Source: an uncultured Methylomirabilota bacterium
GTDB lineage: Bacteria; Methylomirabilota; Methylomirabilia; Methylomirabilales; 2-02-FULL-66-22
Assembly (NCBI GenBank): GCA_963705305.1
Contig: OY970067.1
Span: forward strand, 4,096,001 to 4,160,000
Direction: 5' to 3'
DNA length: 64,000 bases
Shown piece after piece: positions 54,519 through 64,000 of the stretch. A model generated the notes under the pieces. It searched no databases. It saw nothing but the letters and a program-made list of their open reading frames with translations, and had not been told where the DNA came from. Numbering within the stretch: position 1 is the first letter of the stretch; each line of letters begins with the position of its first letter. The translations under genes were made by a program, and so were the position numbers.

Positions 54519-55646
54519 CTACGCTTTTTCCCCTTCGGGCTCGCCGAAGATGCCGGTCGGGCGCACGAGGAGCACGATGATCAAGATCGTGAAGGCCACC
54601 GCGTCGCGCATGGGAGTTGAGACGTAGCCCATCGTCAAGGCTTCGGCCTGGCCCATGATGAGCCCGCCGACAAAGGCCCCAGGGATGCTCCCGATCCCTC
54701 CCAGCACCGCCGCCACGAACGCCTTGAGGCCGGGGAGGATGCCCAGCTGGGACCAGATGGACGAGTAGGCGATGGCGTACAGAACCCCACCCAGGCCGGC
54801 AAAAGCCGAGCCGACCGCAAAGGTGAAGGAGATGACGCGATCCACGTTGATGCCCATGAGTCGGGCCGCCGGCTTGTCGAAGGCGGACGCCCGCATGGCC
54901 TTGCCCATTTTGGTCCGGCGCACCAGGAACTGGAGCAGGATCTGCATGAGGACCGATGCCGCCACGATGATGAGGAAGATGTTCGAAAACGTGATGCTGC
55001 CGTCCGGCGGGGCCTTTCCCGCGGTCACCAGGTGCACGCCGTCCTTGATGTACCAGGTGACCACGTCGAAGGGCCGCTGGTAGGGGATGAAGCGCGGGGT
55101 GAACACGAAGCTCAGCGCGCCGAAGAACTCCAGGAAGAACGAGACCCCGATGGCGGTGATGAGGGCGGCGATGCGCGGGGCATTCCGCAGCGGCTTGTAA
55201 GCGACCCGCTCGATCGTCACCGCCAGCACCGTGCAGACGACCATGGAAAGCAGCATGACGGTTAATGAGCCGATCACCACCACCCAGCCGCGCCAGAGGC
55301 CCGGGAAAAACACCGCCGGCCAGACGTGGAGCTGGAAGCGCGTGACCGCATAGAAGCTGACAAACGCCCCCACCATGAACACGTCGCCGTGGGCGAAGTT
55401 GATGAGCTTGACGATCCCGTACACCATGGTATAGCCCAGCGCGATGAGGGCGTACACGAACCCCAACTGCAGTCCGCTGAGGATGAACTGGACGAAGAGC
55501 GGCGGGTCCTGGTACAGGTTGCGGCCGAGGATATAGACGGCCCACACCGCCAGAAGCAGGAGGAAGCTCTGGCCGATCCACGCCAGGTGTGCTCCGGACC
55601 GGCGGACCGCGGGCAAGCGCCGCTCTGGTGTGACTGCGGGTTCCAT
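54519..55646 (-). CDS. livH: Branched-chain amino acid ABC permease
   Basis: ALGYTMVYGI..INFAHG and KAFVAAVLGGIG motifs. Confidence 0.92.
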   Translation of the reverse strand: MEPAVTPERRLPAVRRSGAHLAWIGQSFLLLLAVWAVYILGRNLYQDPPLFVQFILSGLQLGFVYALIALGYTMVYGIVKLINFAHGDVFMVGAFVSFYAVTRFQLHVWPAVFFPGLWRGWVVVIGSLTVMLLSMVVCTVLAVTIERVAYKPLRNAPRIAALITAIGVSFFLEFFGALSFVFTPRFIPYQRPFDVVTWYIKDGVHLVTAGKAPPDGSITFSNIFLIIVAASVLMQILLQFLVRRTKMGKAMRASAFDKPAARLMGINVDRVISFTFAVGSAFAGLGGVLYAIAYSSIWSQLGILPGLKAFVAAVLGGIGSIPGAFVGGLIMGQAEALTMGYVSTPMRDAVAFTILIIVLLVRPTGIFGEPEGEKA

Positions 55647-55682
55647 TCGGGTGATTCCTCGCCAGAAGATTGGAAGGGGGCG

Positions 55683-55714
55683 CGCCAGGAGGGCGCCTGC
55701 GCGCCCTCCTGGCG
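55683..55714. terminator. Strong intercistronic hairpin after livK
   Basis: 14-bp perfect stem CGCCAGGAGGGCGC/GCGCCCTCCTGGCG. Confidence 0.6.
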
Positions 55715-55736
55715 GGACTCCAACCGCTTCGCCGGG

Positions 55737-56888
55737 CTACGGGTTCACGGTAGAGTTGAACTGCACCTTGCCGTCCTTGATCTGCAGGATGGCGGCCGAC
55801 TTGATCGGGTTGTGGTTGGCATCGAAGGTGATCTTGCCGGACACCCCGTTGAACTGGATCTTGGCCAGGGCGTCCTTCACTTTGGCGGGATCGGCCGAGT
55901 TGGCTTCCTTGATGCCCTGCAGCAGCAGGTTGGTGGCGTCGTAGGCCAGGGTGGCCAGGGCATCTGGAACCTTGGGCTGCCCCTTGTCATCCTTGTACTT
56001 GGCCCCGTAGGCCTTGACGAAGTTCTGCACCTCGGGCCGCGGGTCGTCGGGCGAGTAGTGGTTGGTGAAGTACCCACCGTCTGCCGCCTTCAGGTCGAGA
56101 TCCGCCGAGTCCCAGCCATCGCCGCCCATGAAGGTGGCCGTGATGCCCTTCTCCTTGGCCTGCTTCACCGCCAAGTTGACGATGTTGTAATAGTCGGGCA
56201 GGTACACCACATCCGGCTTCGCAACGGCCACCTTGGCCAGGATGGCAGAAAAGTCGGTGTCCTTCGAGGTGTACGTCTCCTTGCCGACGATCTTGCCGCC
56301 CGCCGCCGCAAACTCCTTCTCGAACACCTCGGCCAGGCCCTTCACGTAGTCGTTGGACTGATCCAACATCACGAAGGCCGTCTTGGCCTTGAGGGTGTCG
56401 ATGGCGAATTTCGCGGCCACCTTGCCCTGGAAGGGATCGATGAAGCAGGCGCGGAAGATGTAATCCTTCACCTTCCCATCCTTGGTCACCGTCACGTCGG
56501 GGTTGGTGGAGGTGGGGCTGATCTGGATCACGCCCTTGCTGTTGGCGATCTCCGACACCGGGATGGAAGCCTTGGAGCAGACCTCTCCGATGATGAACTT
56601 CACCTTGTCCTGATCGATGACCTTGTTCGCGGCATTGACCGCCGGATCGGGCGTGCACTGGCTGTCCTCGACGACGGTCGAGACCTTCTTGTCCAGGACG
56701 CCGCCCTTGGCATTCCACTCTTCGATGGCCAGCAGTGCGCCGTCGCGCGTGGAGACGCCGAATGTCGGGACCGGCCCGGACAGCGGGGCCAGGATCGCCA
56801 CCTTGATCGTGTCGCTGCCACCGCTGCTGCACGCCGCGAGGATGATCGCGGAGAGCAGGGTGATGCCCGCCAACTTGAGACTGCGCAT
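55737..56888 (-). CDS. livK: Branched-chain amino acid ABC substrate-binding lipoprotein
   Basis: Lipobox LAAC; APLSG, FRACFIDPFQG and AYDA motifs. Confidence 0.9.
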   Translation of the reverse strand: MRSLKLAGITLLSAIILAACSSGGSDTIKVAILAPLSGPVPTFGVSTRDGALLAIEEWNAKGGVLDKKVSTVVEDSQCTPDPAVNAANKVIDQDKVKFIIGEVCSKASIPVSEIANSKGVIQISPTSTNPDVTVTKDGKVKDYIFRACFIDPFQGKVAAKFAIDTLKAKTAFVMLDQSNDYVKGLAEVFEKEFAAAGGKIVGKETYTSKDTDFSAILAKVAVAKPDVVYLPDYYNIVNLAVKQAKEKGITATFMGGDGWDSADLDLKAADGGYFTNHYSPDDPRPEVQNFVKAYGAKYKDDKGQPKVPDALATLAYDATNLLLQGIKEANSADPAKVKDALAKIQFNGVSGKITFDANHNPIKSAAILQIKDGKVQFNSTVNP

Positions 56889-57169
56889 GGATGCATCTCC
56901 TCCTACAGGCAGATTTTGTTCCCCGAGCGAACGTTGCGGGACCCTCGGGTCCCAACGGCCAGCCGAACCTGGGAGGCCCTGTCCCGGTTCAGCTCATCGG
57001 CTGCGGGTGGGCGGAATCCCCCCTTTCGCGGGTGCAAACGAACATTTAGAACTGGAAAAAAACCAGAGGAATACCTCGAAACGTTCAAGTGATTTCTCAC
57101 ACTTTCCGACCGGTTGAAAGGATCAACCGGGGGGATCATGGCATGAATCTGTGTGACAATTGTCGTGCA

Positions 57170-57233
57170 CTTATATCCAAGGGAGGAATAAATGTCAAGC
57201 GACTTGACAGCGGTGGGCAGAGCCGCTTATAAC
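57170..57233. promoter_or_regulatory. Back-to-back sigma-70 promoters
   Basis: Minus strand TTGACA-17-TATAAG; plus strand TTGACA-18-TATAAC. The -35 boxes form the palindrome TGTCAAG-CGA-CTTGACA. Confidence 0.6.
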
Positions 57234-57338
57234 CATGCCGGCACCGCCGACAGGAAGGCGCCGCGCCGGGGAGAAGCCGGTGTTACGGCGCGGAACTGGG
57301 TTCCGTCGGCGTCCCAGGAGTAGAGGAGAGCCTAGCCC

Positions 57339-57737
57339 ATGCGCCCTCACGCTATCGCGACTCGAAGCTTCATCATGGTGGCCTTGAGCCTTCAGATCGT
57401 GCCGCTGCTCCTGTTTCCGCTGGACACCTTTGCCCCCAATTCACAGGAATGGTGGCTGCCGGCCTTCCTGGCCATCCTGGTGGTCATTGCGGACGGCGAA
57501 CTCTTCCTGCGTCGAAGGCACCAGCCGTGGCCGTGGACCCTCATGATCTTTGCGCAGGGGTTCAATATCATCAGCCGGCTCATGATGCTCTGGCCGCATG
57601 CGACGAAGATCGTGAAGGGGACGACCGTGCTGGACGTCTCCTATGTTTCCCTGAGCCTGACGGCGATCTGCCTCTCCGCCCTTCTGATCTGGTACCTCGA
57701 GCTTCCCGAGATTCGACTAGGGCTGGCGCGAGACTAG
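57339..57737 (+). CDS. Small 4-TM membrane protein
   Basis: RBS AGGAG; hydrophobic ORF. Confidence 0.7.
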   Translation: MRPHAIATRSFIMVALSLQIVPLLLFPLDTFAPNSQEWWLPAFLAILVVIADGELFLRRRHQPWPWTLMIFAQGFNIISRLMMLWPHATKIVKGTTVLDVSYVSLSLTAICLSALLIWYLELPEIRLGLARD

Positions 57738-57997
57738 CAACGCGAGCCTGGACCCCGGCGACTGCTCAGCGGGCCCCCGGATCCATCCCCGTACTGAATG
57801 GTCCTCCTCCCGCAGGAACTCTCCTGTACGGGAAAACGCTTGTCAGAATTGCCCGGTCATGTATAGTGCCACCCGGATTGTCCGGGGGCAGAAACAGGAC
57901 GCCGACCGGCTGTCCGGCGGCGGCGTCATGCGCCCCGGCACGGACGGCCAGGCGGGGGATTCCGAGTGCGCCCATCGCGGAAAGTGCTGGCAAATCC

Positions 57998-58672
57998 ATG
58001 AGGCCCTGTCCGGTTTGCCGATCGCACCAACTGCATGCCTCTCATCGCCAGAGCTTTCTGGAGCGGCGGCTGTTGACCTGGATCTGGGTCTTCCCGTTCC
58101 GCTGCGGCCAGTGCCAGACCCGCTTCTACCGGCTCCACCTGGCGGACCCACGACGCTGGCGAAAGGCGGACGTCGTCTCCGTGACGGATCGGGAGCGGCC
58201 CCCTCGCTGGGAAATGCTGTCCCCGGTTCGGGCGGTACTCGACGACGGAGGCAAGAAGATCTCCCTGGAGGGACAGCTGGAGAATGCCAGTCTGGGCGGC
58301 ACCCGGCTGCTGCTTCCCCGGTTGTTGCCAGAAGAGAGCCAGGTGGAAATCACCTGGGGGAGAGTGACGATCAAAGGCCAGGTGCGCTGGCACGAGGACA
58401 GCAGCGCCCCCCCCTTTGTCCATGGCATTCAGTTCGATCTGCCGCTTTCGCAGCACGCGCCACCGGCCCGGCCGCTGCTCAAGCTGCGGCTGATCAGGCT
58501 GACGCGGCGGGTGCTCATCTCGCTGATCAGCCTGCTCCTCATCGCCGCAGCCACCTACGGATTGGTGGCGCTAATGGGATCCTTTCAGGGGTACAGTCCC
58601 AACTACTACGAGCCGAAGGACATCGAGAGGCAGGATTTCCTGCAGCGGATCCTGAACAGCATCAAGCGCTGA
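57998..58672 (+). CDS. Zn-ribbon + PilZ-like domain + TM protein
   Basis: CPVC...CGQC; RERPPR...NASLGG; VRW...HGIQF. Confidence 0.7.
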   Translation: MRPCPVCRSHQLHASHRQSFLERRLLTWIWVFPFRCGQCQTRFYRLHLADPRRWRKADVVSVTDRERPPRWEMLSPVRAVLDDGGKKISLEGQLENASLGGTRLLLPRLLPEESQVEITWGRVTIKGQVRWHEDSSAPPFVHGIQFDLPLSQHAPPARPLLKLRLIRLTRRVLISLISLLLIAAATYGLVALMGSFQGYSPNYYEPKDIERQDFLQRILNSIKR

Positions 58673-58734
58673 AAGGGCATCCCTCGTCGGCCCCCGCCTG
58701 GCAGAGCCTCATCATCGGACCGACAACGCGAGGC

Positions 58735-58763
58735 TTGACACCTCTCCCGGGCTTTTCTATGAT
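58735..58763 (+). promoter_or_regulatory. Sigma-70 promoter of the tRNA gene
   Basis: TTGACA-17-TATGAT followed by a GC-rich discriminator. Confidence 0.7.
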
Positions 58764-58816
58764 GCCCGGTGTGTTCGTTCGGACCGCCCCCTGATGCCGG
58801 GCGGTGTCCTCGTCAT

Positions 58817-58892
58817 GGCGGCGTAGCTCAGTTGGCAGAGCGGGGGTCTCATAAGCCCTATGTCGGTGGTTCGACTCCACCCGCCGCCACCA
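58817..58892 (+). tRNA. tRNA-Met (CAT), elongator-type
   Basis: Acceptor stem GGCGGCG/CGCCGCC, anticodon loop CTCATAA, GGTTCGACT and encoded CCA. Confidence 0.93.
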
Positions 58893-58914
58893 CAGTATCA
58901 ACAACTTACACGCC

Positions 58915-60197
58915 TCAATCATTCCGGCTTTCCTCCAACGTGCCCGTGATTTTCCGGGCGGCCTCCTGGAGGTCGGCCTGGCTGACGATGTGGTAGCGGT
59001 CGAACACGCTGCGCGTCTTGTGCCCGGTCACAGCCATAGCCACCCGCTCGGGCACTCCCCGGTTGACCATGTTCCGGACGGCCGTGCGCCGGAAGTCATG
59101 GCGGAGCATCTTCAACAGCCCCGGCTTCTCACCCTTCGCCGCGGCCTGCTCCAATTCCGCCTTGCGGATCTCCCGCGCCGGGCCCTCCAGACTCTCCAGG
59201 TCAAGGGTGGCCTCCAGGCAGGCGAGGGCCCACGCCTTCCGAAAGTCGTTGATGCGCTGCCCCTGGTGGCGCCCGCTGAGGTTCGGGAAGAGGTAGGGGA
59301 CGCGCTGGCTCGTTCGCATTTCGAGAATCTGAATCCGCTCCTCTTGGGCCTGGAGCAGTTGCACCAGTTCGGGGGTGAGGTACACGAGGCGCCCCTCAGT
59401 GTTCTTGGTGGTTCCCGGGTCCAGCCGGAGGGTACAGGCCGAAAGGTTCACTTGCTCGCGCGTGAGGGTCAGGACTTCGCTCTGCATCCGCCAGCCGAGG
59501 GCGTAGGCGAGGCTGACCGCGACTTGGAGGTCAGGGCGGAGGTGGCGCTTCACGGCCTCGAATTGCCCCCGCTCGAAAAATCCCGACCGCGGGGCGGCCT
59601 CTTTCAGCTTCCGGAGGATCGGGAGGCGAATCAATTTTCCGTTTTCCACGGCCAGCTTGAGCATCCGCCCCAAGACGGCGATCTCCCGGTTGACGGTCCC
59701 GTTCGCCGCGTCCTCTGCCTTCCGCTCCGCGGTGTACTTGGCCACGTCGGCTGCCCCGATGCTGACAAGGCGCCGATTCGTGAAGAAGCGGGCCAGGTGG
59801 CGGAGGCGCTTCTCCGCGTCCTGAAGGTTGCGCTTTCCCGTCGTCTGATAGTAGGTGCGAAGGTCGCGCGCGGCGTCCTCGTACAGGATCCGATTGAGGC
59901 GGGGAAGAATAGGCTGGCCCGTGACGGCCTTCCCCTCCTGGTCCTTCAAGAACCGCCGGGCCTCGGTCTCTTTCTCGGTCTCGGTGCTCTCGCGCGTCGC
60001 CTTCCCGTTCACGTAATACTTGACCCACCACACCTTCCCGAACCGGGCCCCGCAGCCGGGGCACACGTCGGCCCGACCGTGGGCGGGGTGGTGGCACTTC
60101 CCGTCATCCTCCGGCCCCGGCTCAAGGACAGGTCTTCGGGGGTCAGCGTGAAGTCCGGTTGCTTCCCCTTGAGCATCGGCCGGTACAGGTAGCCCAT
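58915..60197 (-). CDS. Tyrosine integrase; N-terminus apparently frameshifted
   Basis: GWR, TTKN, HDFRR, GHKT and FDRY motifs. The RBS-led MGYLYRP start is out of frame with the body. Confidence 0.85.
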
Positions 60198-60268
60198 CCC
60201 TCACCCCTCCTTTACGCCGGGCCCCCGGCCAGGTCCCGCCGGCGCGGGGGCGCATTCCTAATGGCATT

Positions 60269-60454
60269 CTACTCTGTATCTTCTACGTTCAGGATGGGCT
60301 TAGGAGTACCCATGCCCATGGGAACCCAGTACCGCTTGCTCTGATGCCACGCGAACACCTTGCCCTTGTTCGTCAATCCGTATAGGGTCCCATTTGGTCC
60401 CACGGCGATCATCTTGAAGGTCAATTGCTCCAGTCTGCGCTTTCCTTTTTGCAT
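60269..60454 (-). CDS. Small hypothetical protein
   Basis: RBS GGAGG; 61 aa. Confidence 0.55.
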   Translation of the reverse strand: MQKGKRRLEQLTFKMIAVGPNGTLYGLTNKGKVFAWHQSKRYWVPMGMGTPKPILNVEDTE

Positions 60455-60513
60455 CGCATCCTCCCTTCGGTCGGTGCCTACGCCACCAGCTCCCCCACCG
60501 TCACCCGGAGCGC

Positions 60514-60756
60514 CTATTTCAGCTCTTCGATCTTTTTCCGCAATTTGGCGAGGGCCTCTAGTCGAGGGTCTGTCGCCTCTTCCACCATGAACGCGGCCTC
60601 AACCGTCTTCACTGCCTGTTCGATCTCATCGGCAGTGATGACGCCTTTCTCCAGGAGCAGATACTTGAGCGCCTCGAATTGTCGGGCATACTGCAGGGCA
60701 AATCGCTCGATCTCCGACACGTAGGCGATAACTGCATCCCGCTCTTCCGGTGTCAT
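60514..60756 (-). CDS. Small helical hypothetical protein
   Basis: RBS GGAGG; adjoins the XRE stop. Confidence 0.65.
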   Translation of the reverse strand: MTPEERDAVIAYVSEIERFALQYARQFEALKYLLLEKGVITADEIEQAVKTVEAAFMVEEATDPRLEALAKLRKKIEELK

Positions 60757-60959
60757 TCTAATAACCTCCCCGCCTTCACCTTGAGGGCCTTGGCGAGGGC
60801 CTTCAATACCTCAAGGGAGGGGTTCGCCTTGGCCCCGCTCTCCAGCATCGTAATGTACTCCCGGGTAACGCCCGCTCGCTCTGCGAGTTGCGCTTGCGTC
60901 ATCCCTTTTTCTTCCCGGAGCTGTTTCAGCATGTCGGGGAGCCTCTTCTTGCGTCTCAT
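60753..60959 (-). CDS. XRE-family HTH regulator
   Basis: LKQLREEKGMTQAQLAERAGVTREYITMLESG...PSL. Confidence 0.9.
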   Translation of the reverse strand: MRRKKRLPDMLKQLREEKGMTQAQLAERAGVTREYITMLESGAKANPSLEVLKALAKALKVKAGRLLE

Positions 60960-60961
60960 AT

Positions 60962-60990
60962 AATGTAACCTCTGGTTACCTACTTGTCAA
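60962..60990 (-). promoter_or_regulatory. Promoter with overlapping palindromic operator
   Basis: TTGACA-17-TACATT overlapping GTAACC-tct-GGTTAC (60965-79). Confidence 0.6.
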
Positions 60991-61060
60991 GAGGGATTCT
61001 GGCGGCCGATCAAGATTACCGCTCAGATTCCCCCGTCAGGCAAGAGCTGCCCCACGGATT

Positions 61061-62029
61061 CTATGTGAAACGGCGAACTGCTTCCCACAACTCCTCCGGT
61101 TCAATAATAAGGTTGCCCTCCTCCAACGGCTGATCCTCAGCCGCAAGCTTGAAGTTGATATTATATCGATTCTGGAACCCTGCCGGCCGTGGCGCGTAGG
61201 GAATCCGTTCCGTGCGCGTGATGTCCAGTGCGAGGCCGGGATGTATCACATCACCCTCTCTGCCGGCATATACAATTGGACGCTCCGAGGGAACCACGAG
61301 ACCACGAGGTAGCCCCTCATTGCGGTTTCCATCGAGACCGTACTCACCCAGATGAATGCTGCCCGGCAACTCCAACCGCAACATGGGATAGCGCGCGACT
61401 GCCCTTCCGGCGTTCCTGAGACTCAAGATGATGTCAAAGGAGGACCACGGTTGCCCTTCGATTTGCATCGGCTCTCGTTTTTCGACTCTCCACTCTAATC
61501 GAAGTTGTGGTCGCCGTCGTCGGCCAAACATGTCTGCAATATCGAAATGCTCCATCCTGTAGAAGCCGTCACCGGAGCGCTTCCAATATTCACGGCTCGC
61601 ACCTTTCAACATGCCCCGATGCGGACCGATGTCGCTCGCAGGAACATATACGATCACGTACCCATAGTCGGGGTTACCCTCGCTTGGGAACGATGAGACA
61701 TCCGCACCATCTACGGGCGGCATAACGGCCTGCCCGAGTAATGACTGGCAATCACTAGCCGCAGCGCGAAAGCCTTCGAACGGCTTTACGCCCGTGATTT
61801 CATCCGGCTGTCCCTTATCCGCCCGTTTCGCTGTGAGGCCGAAAATGAGCACGCCGCCGTCAGAATTTGCAAAGCCCGAGAGAGCCTGTGAGAGGTACCC
61901 CTTCAGGTCTTCGGTTAGTGGCCCCTTTCCTTCTTTTGCCTCCAGATACAACGTCTCACTCGTTCCAACCAATGCCAGTAAGCTGGCTGGATTTCGTAGC
62001 GACTCGAAAAGTTGACGGGCTTGAGTCAT
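61061..62029 (-). CDS. Schlafen/AlbA_2-domain protein
   Basis: ETLYLEAKE...LSGFANSDGGVLIFG...VYVP...PH...YWKRSG. Confidence 0.85.
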   Translation of the reverse strand: MTQARQLFESLRNPASLLALVGTSETLYLEAKEGKGPLTEDLKGYLSQALSGFANSDGGVLIFGLTAKRADKGQPDEITGVKPFEGFRAAASDCQSLLGQAVMPPVDGADVSSFPSEGNPDYGYVIVYVPASDIGPHRGMLKGASREYWKRSGDGFYRMEHFDIADMFGRRRRPQLRLEWRVEKREPMQIEGQPWSSFDIILSLRNAGRAVARYPMLRLELPGSIHLGEYGLDGNRNEGLPRGLVVPSERPIVYAGREGDVIHPGLALDITRTERIPYAPRPAGFQNRYNINFKLAAEDQPLEEGNLIIEPEELWEAVRRFT

Positions 62030-62106
62030 TGCCTAATCCTCCCCCTCACTCGCTCATGCGCTGCAACGCCGCCTTGAGTAGTTCCCTAACTGTCAGCGGC
62101 CACCCT

Positions 62107-62240
62107 ATACTGAGCCACCGGGGTCGGGGATACTGAGCCACCCAGGGTCGCCCAACCTGAGCCAGCAGGGTCACCCATTCTGAGCCACCCAGGGTCGGGC
62201 ATACTGAGCCACCTCGGGTCGCCTGATACTGAGCCACCCC
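62107..62240 (+). repeat. Six ~23-25-bp subterminal repeats (CTGAGCCA core)
   Basis: Copies near 62107, 62130, 62155, 62177, 62201 and 62226. Confidence 0.85.
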
Positions 62241-62317
62241 AGCAGGCCGCCGGGTCCCTTGCGCTTCGCAGCCACATGGGGGCTTGCTCTCCGGGAACCC
62301 CAACCCGGAGGTGCCCC

Positions 62318-63890
62318 ATGGCTGGACGGAGGTGCGAGGTGACCGATGTACGCGAAGTGCTCCGCCGGCTCCGCCTCGGAGAGCCGGCCCGCCGGATCGC
62401 CCGCGAACTCGGGCTCAGTCGGAACACCGTGGCCGGCTACCACCGCTGGGCGCGGCAGCACGGCCTGCTCACCGGCGAACTGCCCGACGCGGCCGCGCTG
62501 GCCACGCTGCTCCACCCGCCGGAGCGCGCCCAGCCCCGGCTCGAGCAGTCCGGCGTGGCCCCGTTCCGCGCGCAGGTGGTGGCGTGGCGCCAGCAGGGTG
62601 TGGAGGGCCAGGCGATCTTCCAGCTCCTCGTCGAACAGCATGGCTTCACCGGGAGCTACTCCGCCGTGAAGCGCTTCCTCCGCCGCCTGGAGCCGCCGAC
62701 CCCGCGGGCCACGGTCCGGGTGGAGACGCCCCCGGGGGAGGAAGCGCAGGTCGACTTCGGCGCGGCGGGCCAGTTCTTCGATCCCGACCAGGGCCGCCTC
62801 CGCCGCGCCTGGGCGTTCGTGATGACGTTGGCCTTCAGCCGCCACCAGGTCCGTGGAGTTCGTCTTCGACCAGACCGTGACCACCTGGTGCCGCTGCCAC
62901 CGCGCCGCCTTCGAGTGGTTCCAGGGGGTGACGCGCCGGGTGGTGCTCGATAACCTGAAGGCCGCCATCGTCCACGCGGCCCTCTACGACCCGGAGGTCC
63001 AGCGCGTCTACCGAGAGTGCGCCGAGCACTACGGCTTCCTCATCGCGCCCTGTCGGGTGCGGACCCCCGAGCACAAGGGCAAGGTCGAGCAGGGGGGCGT
63101 CCACTACGTGAAGCGCAATTGCCTCGCCGGCCGGGCCTTCCGCGACCTCCACCACGCGAACCAGCACGGCCTCCGCTGGTGCCTGGAGACCGCCGGGAGG
63201 CGCCGCCACGGCACGATCAAGCAGCAGCCCCTGGTGGCCTTCGAGACGGTCGAGCGGGCCGCGCTCCTCCCGCTCCCGGCGACCCCGTGGGCGCCGGTGA
63301 CCTGGAAGCAGGCGAAGCTGCACCCCGACTGCCACGTCGTCTTCGCTGGCGCCTACTACTCGGCGCCCTTCCGCCTGATCGGGCAGCGGCTCTGGGTGCG
63401 GGCCACGGCCACCCAGGTGCAGCTCTTCCACGAGCACGCCCTGGTCGCCACGCACCTCGCGGCCCGCCCCGGGCAGCGGCGCACACTCCACGACCACCTC
63501 CCCCCGGACAAGGTCCACTTCCTGCTGCAGACGCCGCTCTGGTGCCAGCAGCGGGCCGCCGACATCGGCCCGACCTGCGCCGCGTTCATCGCCGCCCTGC
63601 TGGGGGAGCGGCCCCTCGATCGGCTGCGGACCGCCCAGGGCGTTCTCCGGTTGGCGCCGCGCTACGGCGCGGCGCGCCTCGAGGCCGCCTGTGCCCGGGC
63701 GCTCGCGGTCGGCGAGATCCGGTATGCCACGGTGAAGACCATCCTGGCCGCGGGCCTCGATCGGCAGCCGCTGCTCGAGTTGGGGCTGGCGCCTCCGCCG
63801 CCCCCTGCCGCACCGCCCCCGCGGCATGCGCGCCCCTGGACCGACTTCTTCCCCGACCCCGGTGGCGAAGGAGGTCCCCCATGGAACTGA
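62318..63890 (+). pseudogene. istA: IS21 transposase with a frameshift at ~62850
   Basis: HTH and AQVDFG in the first frame; DNLK, HKGKVE and YYSAP in the second. Confidence 0.85.
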
Positions 63891-64000
63891 CGCACCAGCT
63901 CACCCCGATGCTCCGCACGCTCCGGCTCTCCGGGATCCTGGAGACCCTGGAGGTGCGCAACCACCAGGCGATCGAGAGCCGCGCCTCGTTCGTCGAGTTC
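63881..64000 (+). CDS. istB: IstB N-terminus (truncated by the window edge)
   Basis: MELTHQLTPMLRTLRLSGILETL after AGGAGG, overlapping the istA end. Confidence 0.8.
   Translation, partial: MELTHQLTPMLRTLRLSGILETLEVRNHQAIESRASFVEF

Larger units (their letters stand above)
58893..64000. mobile_element. Integrative element/prophage at the tRNA-Met 3' end (far boundary outside the window)
   Basis: The integrase ends 22 nt from the tRNA, followed by small ORFs, an XRE regulator and lower-GC cargo. Confidence 0.7.
62091..64000 (+). mobile_element. Second IS21-family element (partial)
   Basis: TGTCAGCGGCC end, subterminal repeats, istA and the start of istB. Confidence 0.9.

Noticed and set aside
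62107..62240. Six regularly spaced repeats as a possible CRISPR array
   Set aside because: The period is only ~24 bp with no unique spacers, and it sits at an IS21 end: these are standard transposase-binding repeats.

Overview
GC-rich bacterial window with three zones. (1) 1-17.5 kb is an accessory island. It holds a degraded small gene pair and an IS110 (IS621-type) element inserted in a 7-bp tandem repeat, whose bridge RNA guides can be read directly from the sequence. It also holds a truncated hsdR start, a complete group II intron, a DUF3553/GIY-YIG-like gene, an AddAB-like helicase-nuclease pair whose addB is split by an IS21 element (carrying a Cys-rich passenger ORF and a ~70-bp periodic array), and a relaxase remnant. 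(2) 17.7-58.7 kb holds signalling and metabolic genes: a sigma-54 regulator, two multi-GAF histidine kinases joined into one ORF by a frameshift, receiver proteins, SDR, AKR, MFS, tandem deoC paralogues, a sugar ABC system with an Asp-box hydrolase, a CoA transferase and MaoC, an anti-sigma cluster, S41 protease, GGDEF, MPG and livKHMGF. (3) tRNA-Met is followed by an integrated element (tyrosine integrase, XRE regulator, Schlafen/AlbA_2 protein) and a second IS21 that runs off the window. All protein calls come from motif recognition by eye, not database searches.
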